Below are positions 25,420-30,398 of a DNA stretch of 30,398 nucleotides, in pieces (the stretch's first letter is position 1; the number at the start of each line of letters is the position of its first letter). Source of the DNA: a virus; IMG/VR virus record IMGVR_UViG_3300028454_000075, positions 1 to 30,398 of that record, one strand, 5' to 3'. The notes beneath the pieces are model-generated. The model saw nothing but the letters and a program-made list of their open reading frames with translations, searched no databases and was not told where the DNA came from. A program made the translations under genes and the position numbers.

Positions 25420-26475
25420 ATGAAAACATATAAGCATCTATGGGAGGAACTAATATCCGACCAGAACATTGAGACAGCAATCCATAGAGCAAGCCTTGGC
25501 AACAAGGACAAAAGAATGAAAGAAAAACTCAGAAGGATGGAGAGAAAGAAGGAATACTATATTCCATTCTTCAGAGAATATGCAAAGAACTATCACAATG
25601 ATCCACATGTGCCGGTTCAAATCTACGATGGCATTTCGAGAAAGCAAAGAACAATTATAGTTCCAACACCGAAGGAGCAAGTAATACATCACATGGTAGT
25701 ACAGACGATTAAGCCTGTATTCATGAAATCGATGTATAAACACAGCTATGGCTCGATACCAGGGCGAGGATGTCACCTTGCGAAGAGACAGCTGGAAAAA
25801 TGGCTCCCAAGCAAATATGTACTCAAGATTGATATACATCATTACTTCGAGAGCATAGATCAGGATGTTTTGATATCTAAGCTTAAAAGAATTATCAAAG
25901 ACGAAAGAATGATGGAACTATTAGAGAAAATAATACGAGTGTTGCCTCATGGCATCCCACTTGGATTCTATACCTCACAATGGTTCGCTAATTTCTATCT
26001 AACAAGTTTAGACCATTACATCACATCGGAACTAGGCTTCGGAAAGATGATTCGATACATGGACGATATGACCATATTATCGAATAGTAAAAAGAAGCTG
26101 AGACAATTGAAAAAGAAGATTGAAGAGTACTTGAAGACACTAGGCTTAAGACTAAAAGCAAACTGGCAGATATTCAGATTTGACTATATTACCAGAGGAA
26201 AGCGTAGAGGAAGATTTATTGATTTTATGGGATTTAGGTTCTATAGAGATAAAACGACCTTAAGACGTTCGATTATGCTGAAAGCAACAAGGAAGGCTAA
26301 TCGTATAAGCAAGAAGACAAAAGCAACTTGGTACGATGCAGCACAAATGTTGTCGTACACGGGCTACTTTAGGAGCACAAATACGAGAGGCGTTTTTGAA
26401 AAGTATATCAAGCCAAAAGTGAACATCAAGAGCTTGAAAAGAAAGGTATCAAGGCGCTCGAAATGTATGACTTAA
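25420..26475 (+). CDS. DGR reverse transcriptase
   Basis: The YMDD catalytic box (IRYMDDMTIL), the DGR-type GxxxSQ motif (IPLGFYTSQWFANFYL), a size of 351 aa, and the TR 140 nt upstream. Confidence 0.9.
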   Translation: MKTYKHLWEELISDQNIETAIHRASLGNKDKRMKEKLRRMERKKEYYIPFFREYAKNYHNDPHVPVQIYDGISRKQRTIIVPTPKEQVIHHMVVQTIKPVFMKSMYKHSYGSIPGRGCHLAKRQLEKWLPSKYVLKIDIHHYFESIDQDVLISKLKRIIKDERMMELLEKIIRVLPHGIPLGFYTSQWFANFYLTSLDHYITSELGFGKMIRYMDDMTILSNSKKKLRQLKKKIEEYLKTLGLRLKANWQIFRFDYITRGKRRGRFIDFMGFRFYRDKTTLRRSIMLKATRKANRISKKTKATWYDAAQMLSYTGYFRSTNTRGVFEKYIKPKVNIKSLKRKVSRRSKCMT

Positions 26476-26630
26476 TATTACTAGAACAGATGAAAACCAT
26501 CGAACAGCTCACAGTTCTGTGTAAGGAGCTAACTGAGGAGCTGGCGCAGTTCAAAAGTATTGAAGCCGAAGAAAAGCGGCTCGCTAATATAACAAAGGAG
26601 GATAATGCACATGAGAACATTAATAGCTAA
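26463..26630 (+). CDS. Possible small helical protein (55 aa), not in the ORF track
   Basis: The product is MYDLILLEQMKTIEQLTVLCKELTEELAQFKSIEAEEKRLANITKEDNAHENINS. It overlaps the RT stop and the holin start, and its RBS is weak. Confidence 0.3.
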   Translation: MYDLILLEQMKTIEQLTVLCKELTEELAQFKSIEAEEKRLANITKEDNAHENINS

Positions 26631-27102
26631 TCTCAAGCTGTGGGTGGCAGCGCTAAACACACCTAAGGTTAATCTATGCGCCGCAGCTGGCGCACTTGGC
26701 AGTATCATCACATACCTATTCGGAGGATGGACAGAGGGCATGCAGACATTAATGGTTTTGATGGTAATTGATTATTTGACAGGATGGATTGTTGCCGCAG
26801 TATTCAAGCAGTCGAAGAAGACTGAAAGCGGAGGGCTGTCGAGCAATATCGGTTTCAAAGGATTATGTAAGAAATTCGTCGAATGGATGATTGTGGCAGC
26901 TATGTTTAGACTGGATATTCTATTGGGCATTAAATATCTGAGAGACCTTTGTATAATTGGTTTTGCTCTCAATGAAATCATATCCATAACAGAAAATGTT
27001 GGATTGATGGGAATACCACTCCCTCCGGTAGTTGCCAAAGCAATAGCTATATTAAACGAGAAAGCAGGCGGAGAGGATACAGAAGGAGGAAATACAGAAT
27101 GA
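26611..27102 (+). CDS. Holin (Phage_holin_4_1 / toxin secretion-phage lysis holin family)
   Basis: LMVLMVIDYLTGWIVAAVFKQSKKTESGGLSSNIGFKGLCKK plus several hydrophobic segments. ATG 26611 lies 9 nt after AAGGAGG. An alternative ATG at 26605 gives MHMRT. Confidence 0.8.
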   Translation: MRTLIANLKLWVAALNTPKVNLCAAAGALGSIITYLFGGWTEGMQTLMVLMVIDYLTGWIVAAVFKQSKKTESGGLSSNIGFKGLCKKFVEWMIVAAMFRLDILLGIKYLRDLCIIGFALNEIISITENVGLMGIPLPPVVAKAIAILNEKAGGEDTEGGNTE

Positions 27103-27824
27103 GTAATTTAACAGGTCAAGGCCTTGCAAGCTACGCAGAGTCAAAGAAAGGAACGCCTTATTTCTATGGCTCAAAGATGAAAGCGCTCACAGAGGGCTTC
27201 ATGAAATCTATGCATGCAGCTTACCCTTCAGTGGTGACAATTGCATATATGGCACTTGCGAGAGCTAAGAGGCAGGTAGGAAGAATCAATGTTGACTGTT
27301 CGGGATTGATATCCGCATACACTTTGCATGTGCTTGGCAGTGCTCAGCTCTATTCACAGGCTTATGCGAGACTTCCAATCTCAACATGGAAGCAGTGGGC
27401 TGTTGGAGTAGTTTGCTGGCGTTCGGGCCATGTTGGAGTATATCTTGGCAATGGCAAGGTAGCTGAAGCTAAGGGAATCAATTACGGCGTTGTGATTACA
27501 GATATCGAGAAAGGCAACTGGAAGTATGGCTTGACCTTCTCATGGATTAATTACAACATCGTTACGCCTGTGGCAAGTGAGGTTATCACATACAAACTTG
27601 CAAATCCTTACACAGAACCAACAAGAACTCTCAAGAAGGGCTGCATAGGTCAGGATGTTAAGTGGCTACAGTATGAACTTGTAGAAGCTGGCTACAAGCT
27701 TACGATTGACGGTGACTTCGGCAAGAACACAAATGCCGCACTGCTCAAATTCCAAAAGTCTGCGAAGCTTGAGCAAGACGGTAAGTGCGGACCAGCCACA
27801 CGCAAAGCACTTAAAGCAAATTAA
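27099..27824 (+). CDS. Endolysin: N-terminal NlpC/P60-type peptidase plus C-terminal PG_binding_1 domain
   Basis: The catalytic Cys context is INVDCSGLISAY, with a downstream GHVGVYLG. The C-terminal GQDVKWLQYELVEAGYKLTIDGDFGKNTNAALLKFQKSAKLEQDGKCGPATRKAL is a classic peptidoglycan-binding repeat. Confidence 0.85.
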   Translation: MSNLTGQGLASYAESKKGTPYFYGSKMKALTEGFMKSMHAAYPSVVTIAYMALARAKRQVGRINVDCSGLISAYTLHVLGSAQLYSQAYARLPISTWKQWAVGVVCWRSGHVGVYLGNGKVAEAKGINYGVVITDIEKGNWKYGLTFSWINYNIVTPVASEVITYKLANPYTEPTRTLKKGCIGQDVKWLQYELVEAGYKLTIDGDFGKNTNAALLKFQKSAKLEQDGKCGPATRKALKAN

Positions 27825-27886
27825 TGATTGAAATATGGATAGAAGATGTTGAGGAAGGAGCCAGCGAGCTTGAATGGGATGACTAA

Positions 27887-27907
27887 TGTGGGATAGGCTG
27901 TGGGATT
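27887..27907 (+). repeat. Two direct TGTGGGAT(A/T) repeats, 12-bp spacing (candidate integrase arm-type sites, P arm)
   Basis: TGTGGGATA at 27887 and TGTGGGATT at 27899. A degenerate ATGGGAT lies at 27874. Confidence 0.45.
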
Positions 27908-27957
27908 ATCTCTCGCAAGCCTAGATGTTACGTTAAACATAACGAGCCTTTTAATCA

Positions 27958-27992
27958 GGTTGTCGGGAGTTCGAGCCTCCTCAGCCTCAGCA
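27958..27992 (+). other. tRNA 3'-end-like segment, probable attP core
   Basis: GGGAG-TTCGAGC-CTCCT has the T-arm consensus G-TTCGA. CAGCCTC-A follows as an acceptor strand plus discriminator. No convincing D arm or anticodon arm lies upstream. Confidence 0.5.
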
Positions 27993-27998
27993 AGTTAG

Positions 27999-28050
27999 AA
28001 AGCCTTGCAAATCCTTTACTTATAAGGGTCCGCAAGGCTTTTTCTTTTTG
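27999..28050 (+). terminator. Terminator after the lysis cassette
   Basis: AAAGCCTTGC pairs with GCAAGGCTTT as the outer stem, with an inner CCTTTA/TAAGGG stem. TTCTTTTT follows. Confidence 0.6.
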
Positions 28051-28110
28051 CTCGTCAAGTTAAATTTTTAATAAAAATGTTCCCTTCCTGTCCTTTTCTG
28101 TCCCTTTTAG

Positions 28111-28145
28111 TGTGGGATTAGGTGTGGGATTCTAAATTATCCCAC
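28111..28145 (+). repeat. Two direct GTGTGGGATT repeats plus one inverted ATCCCAC copy (candidate integrase arm-type sites, P' arm)
   Basis: TGTGGGATT at 28111 and 28123, again 12 bp apart. The inverted GTGGGAT at 28139..28145 overlaps the integrase 3' end. Confidence 0.45.
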
Positions 28146-29172
28146 GACCTAAAATCTTAGCAGCATCATCAAGAATTTGCTCATCCTGCACATGAGTATA
28201 GATGTCAGCTGTAATTGATATAGAAGAGTGCCCCATGAGCTTCTGAGCCACCCTGATGTCGATTCCTCGTCTTGCTAGGTCGGAACAATAAGTATGTCTC
28301 AATTCATAAGGCACGAAGCTCTCTCTGAGAGGAAATGGAGCTACAAGAGCATTGCGGTAGGTTCTACAACCCATTGCAATGTTCATTTGCCTCTTCAGGT
28401 CACTAGCACATCTATTGTAGGAAGATTCACTGTGGAACCTTCCACTGCTATTAGGAGCTAGTGGCTCGAATGGCCCTACGTTCTTAACCTTCTGATAAAA
28501 TTCTTCAGGCATTGGAACAACTCTATCTGAGTTCTTGGTCTTAGTTCCACGGATGTGCAGCAGAGCAACTCCATCCTTGATGCTCAAATCACTTCCTTGG
28601 CACTTGATTGCTTCTCCAGGGCGACAGCCACAGTAGAGCATAAGTTCAAATACTCGATATTTATCCACGTTATCAACAACAGAATGAAAGATTGCTCGCT
28701 CATGCTCTGTTATGGCTTGCCTTTGTCCTTTGATTGCAGCAGGACGAACAACATCCTTTGCAGGGTTCTCTAAGATGATGTGATTCTGTAGAGCTGTTCT
28801 GAAGATAAATTGCAGATCCTGATAAACCTTCTGAACGGTGCTCCAAGAATATCCCTCAAGAGCATTCATTATAGCCTGGCACTGAATAGGCTTAACGGAT
28901 TTAACCGTATAGGAGCCAATCTTGGCCAGAATGTGCTTATTGACTCTTAGGAGCATGTCCTTACGTCCTTCTTCGTTGAGATTCCTCTTATAAGAATCAA
29001 TAGCAATCTCAGCCCAAGTGGACACAAGCATATTACTGGATACAGTCACCTTGCCTTCTTCCAGCGCCTTCTTCTTCTCAAACATCTTCATCAAGACTTC
29101 TTCTTGAGTATGTCCGTATACTTCATATCGCTTCCCATCAAACGAGAAGGATTTTCTAAATTCGTACTTCAT
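28132..29172 (-). CDS. int: Tyrosine recombinase / phage integrase
   Basis: C-terminal catalytic motifs: LRHTYCSDLARRGIDIRVAQKLMGHSSISITADIYTH and GCRPGEAI. An N-terminal SAM-like region is present. Confidence 0.9.
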   Translation of the reverse strand: MKYEFRKSFSFDGKRYEVYGHTQEEVLMKMFEKKKALEEGKVTVSSNMLVSTWAEIAIDSYKRNLNEEGRKDMLLRVNKHILAKIGSYTVKSVKPIQCQAIMNALEGYSWSTVQKVYQDLQFIFRTALQNHIILENPAKDVVRPAAIKGQRQAITEHERAIFHSVVDNVDKYRVFELMLYCGCRPGEAIKCQGSDLSIKDGVALLHIRGTKTKNSDRVVPMPEEFYQKVKNVGPFEPLAPNSSGRFHSESSYNRCASDLKRQMNIAMGCRTYRNALVAPFPLRESFVPYELRHTYCSDLARRGIDIRVAQKLMGHSSISITADIYTHVQDEQILDDAAKILGRGII

Positions 29173-29186
29173 AATCTACCTCTAAG

Positions 29187-29234
29187 GAAAATAAAAGGGC
29201 GTTTTCTTTAATAAGAACTGCAAGAGAACGCCCT
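29187..29234 (-). terminator. Rho-independent terminator downstream of the repressor gene (minus strand)
   Basis: On the minus strand, AGGGCGTTCTC...GAAAACGCCCT forms a stem with one mismatch, followed by TTTTATTTT. Confidence 0.55.
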
Positions 29235-29270
29235 AAAGAAAAAGTATTTTATTTATGCATCGAAAACTAG

Positions 29271-29657
29271 TTATTTGGTATCGTCGCCAGACATCCGCTT
29301 GAGAACGCTCAGAATTGCTTCTTTGTCGGGACCAGCTAAAGCAATCCAGTAACGGAGCAGACGATGAAAGCTCCTATCCGCCTGTGGCTCATGGGGACAA
29401 TTCCTATATGCTTCGATTAGAGCCATTTCGTCCCCAGAGAGCAACACCGAGGAAACATCATCTCTACCGAGCAAATAATCAGAGGATACATTGAAGGCAT
29501 CGCATAAGGCTTCAAGATTTTCTTTTGTAGGAAAACGGATGCCACGCTCATATTGTGATATAGTCTGCTTGTTAACATCTAAAATATCCGCCAAGCGCTG
29601 CTGAGAAAAATTTTTTTTCAAGCGCAATTCCTTGATTCTATCCTTAAATTCGGCCAT
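29271..29657 (-). CDS. cI-like repressor (XRE-family HTH)
   Basis: ATG at 29657 lies 7 nt after AGGGGG; the track TTG 29675 is less likely. The HTH is FSQQRLADILDVNKQTISQYERGIRFP. The gene is divergent from the cro-like gene. Confidence 0.8.
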   Translation of the reverse strand: MAEFKDRIKELRLKKNFSQQRLADILDVNKQTISQYERGIRFPTKENLEALCDAFNVSSDYLLGRDDVSSVLLSGDEMALIEAYRNCPHEPQADRSFHRLLRYWIALAGPDKEAILSVLKRMSGDDTK

Positions 29658-29705
29658 TTCGTCACCCCCTTTCAAAAAAAGTAAACAAAAAGTTTATATT
29701 TCCTA

Positions 29706-29734
29706 TTGACAATTATAATCTAGTCGTTTACTAT
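29706..29734 (+). promoter_or_regulatory. Candidate early rightward promoter: TTGACA, 17 nt, TACTAT
   Basis: A consensus -35 at 29706..29711, an exact 17-nt spacer, and a -10 at 29729..29734. The operator lies just downstream. Confidence 0.5.
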
Positions 29735-29740
29735 GAACAA
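29712..29740 (-). promoter_or_regulatory. Candidate repressor-maintenance promoter: TTGTTC, 17 nt, TATAAT on the minus strand
   Basis: A perfect -10 (complement of 29712..29717) with a weak -35 (complement of 29735..29740) abutting the operator. Confidence 0.3.
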
Positions 29741-29757
29741 GTAATCAATTAGATTAC
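29741..29757. promoter_or_regulatory. Operator-like inverted repeat GTAATC-AATTA-GATTAC (copy 1)
   Basis: A 17-bp element in the cI/cro intergenic region, identical to 30002..30018. Confidence 0.55.
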
Positions 29758-29786
29758 ACAATAACAACGAAAGGAGATAAAGACCA

Positions 29787-30005
29787 ATGCCAGCAACATT
29801 ACGCACAACTGAGGAAGTAGGAAAAGCAATCAAAGAAATGCGCGGAACCCGTTCTCAGCAGGAGATAGCTGATGCTCTTGGATGCACAAAGATGGCCATT
29901 TCTCAGTACGAGAACGGTCAGAGAATGCCTAACGATGACATGAAGGTGTCTATAGCGAATTTCTTTGGAGTGACCGTGGGCTCTTTATTTTTTACACAGG
30001 GGTAA
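29787..30005 (+). CDS. Cro-like XRE-family HTH regulator
   Basis: RBS AAGGAGA. The HTH is SQQEIADALGCTKMAISQYENGQRMP. A 72-aa protein, divergent from the repressor gene. Confidence 0.7.
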   Translation: MPATLRTTEEVGKAIKEMRGTRSQQEIADALGCTKMAISQYENGQRMPNDDMKVSIANFFGVTVGSLFFTQG

Positions 30006-30018
30006 TCAATTAGATTAC
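30002..30018. promoter_or_regulatory. Operator-like inverted repeat GTAATCAATTAGATTAC (copy 2)
   Basis: An exact second copy that overlaps the cro-like stop codon. Confidence 0.5.
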
Positions 30019-30073
30019 CTTAGTGATACTCTACGACTATCACTAAGGATTAAACACTTGACAGTGTTTAATC
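30018..30073 (+). promoter_or_regulatory. Two abutting perfect 11-bp-arm inverted repeats
   Basis: CCTTAGTGATA-N9-TATCACTAAGG (30018..30048) and GATTAAACACT-TGAC-AGTGTTTAATC (30048..30073). Neither is followed by a U-tract. Confidence 0.5.
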
Positions 30074-30092
30074 AAATTATTGAGGAACAAAT

Positions 30093-30305
30093 ATGAACAA
30101 ACAAGATATTGTCAGGAGATTTGAAAAGGTCACAGAAAAACAAGGTTTTATCACGGCTGCACAGTTCGCAAGATTCATGGGAAGAACAAATGTAAGCAAA
30201 TGCAAAGCGAAGTATCTCGATGGACTCGACCGAATAGATGGAAAGTATTACTTCGTTCCAGAGGTTGCAGCAGTGCTGATGAAACATAGAGACTCAGTAA
30301 GCTAG
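30093..30305 (+). CDS. Small DNA-binding protein, possibly excisionase-like
   Basis: RBS GAGGA. FITAAQFARFMGRTNVS...GKYYFVPEVAAVL fits a winged-helix Xis/MerR-like pattern. The assignment is tentative. Confidence 0.35.
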   Translation: MNKQDIVRRFEKVTEKQGFITAAQFARFMGRTNVSKCKAKYLDGLDRIDGKYYFVPEVAAVLMKHRDSVS

Positions 30306-30398
30306 AAAGGAGGTTATTGAGGGAGACATGAAAAGAAGGACAAAGAAGCTCATTCGGTATGTGGCGGCACCGATTGCAGCAGGGCTGATTGTCGGCGG
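30258..30398. repeat. Terminal direct repeat, right copy (identical to 1..141)
   Basis: Exact 141-bp identity with the window start. It fits a circular-contig overlap or terminal redundancy. Confidence 0.95.

Larger units (their letters stand above)
1..30398. mobile_element. Complete temperate siphovirus-like phage genome, circularly closed or terminally redundant, unit length 30,257 bp
   Basis: It has a full set of lysogeny, replication, packaging, head, tail and lysis modules in canonical order. An exact 141-bp overlap joins the two window ends. An integrase and an attP-like region are present. Confidence 0.85.

Noticed and set aside
26463-26630. The small ORF after the RT as the missing Avd.
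   Set aside because: At 55 aa it is less than half the size of Avd four-helix-bundle proteins, and I see no recognisable basic Avd surface motif. I kept it only as a low-confidence CDS.
27894-27989. A complete tRNA gene ending at the T-arm/acceptor-like segment. An upstream TAGGCTG could pair 6/7 with CAGCCTC.
   Set aside because: The span would be 96 nt. No D arm with the conserved GG is present. The only anticodon-like stem (ATGTT/AACAT) encloses a 6-nt loop. I treat it as a 3' tRNA fragment (attP core), not a gene.
30058-30086. A promoter using the TTGACA hexamer in the loop of the second post-cro inverted repeat.
   Set aside because: No acceptable -10 hexamer lies 16-18 nt downstream (the candidates are TGAGGA and TTGAGG).
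1-30398. Genome-wide stop-codon reassignment (TGA=Trp, code 4), suggested by the in-frame TGA at 6633.
   Set aside because: The standard-code ORFs tile the genome with proper RBSs. Several genes end at TGA with coupled downstream starts (1715, 6421, 9852, 10370, 16650, 27100). TGG is used normally for Trp. Only one gene shows an internal TGA.
1-30398. A CRISPR array, rRNA or tRNA genes, transposase or IS elements, toxin-antitoxin pairs or known defence systems.
   Set aside because: I saw no spaced direct-repeat array, no rRNA-like or complete tRNA-like sequence, no transposase motifs and no recognisable defence-gene signatures. The only repeats are those listed.

Overview
The window is a complete temperate siphovirus-type phage or prophage genome. 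Bases 1..141 repeat exactly at 30258..30398, so the unit length is 30,257 bp and the molecule is circular or terminally redundant. Strong AGGAGG-type ribosome-binding sites, an NlpC/P60 plus PG_binding_1 endolysin, a holin_4_1-type holin and a SleB-like hydrolase point to a Gram-positive, probably clostridial, host.

Nearly all genes are on the + strand:
- An early module: membrane-anchored SleB-like hydrolase, HUH rolling-circle Rep-like protein, RNase H-like protein, a PcfK-like/PcfJ-like pair, an acidic protein and several small proteins.
- A RinA/ArpU-like late activator, then HNH endonuclease, TerS and TerL.
- Portal, MuF-like protein, scaffold, major capsid and head-tail connectors.
- Major tail protein, frameshifted tail chaperones, tape measure, Dit, Gp37-like protein and two fibre proteins.
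- A diversity-generating retroelement (DGR), then holin, endolysin and attP.
- On the minus strand: a tyrosine integrase and a cI-like repressor, divergent from a cro-like gene.

Main observations:
1. A clear DGR. A 113-bp VR at the 3' end of the tail-fibre gene and a TR upstream of the reverse transcriptase differ at 15 positions, every one a TR adenine. No recognisable Avd gene is present.
2. A perfect 14-bp palindrome, TTGCGACGTCGCAA, occurs six times, always inside unrelated coding sequences. No annotated feature explains it.
3. A DUF4406-like gene is interrupted by an in-frame TGA at a conserved Trp position.
4. A rolling-circle Rep with a phiX174/pC194-like CTTGATATT motif inside its own gene.
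5. A structured lysogeny switch and attP region.

All protein family calls come from motif recognition by eye. No database search was run.
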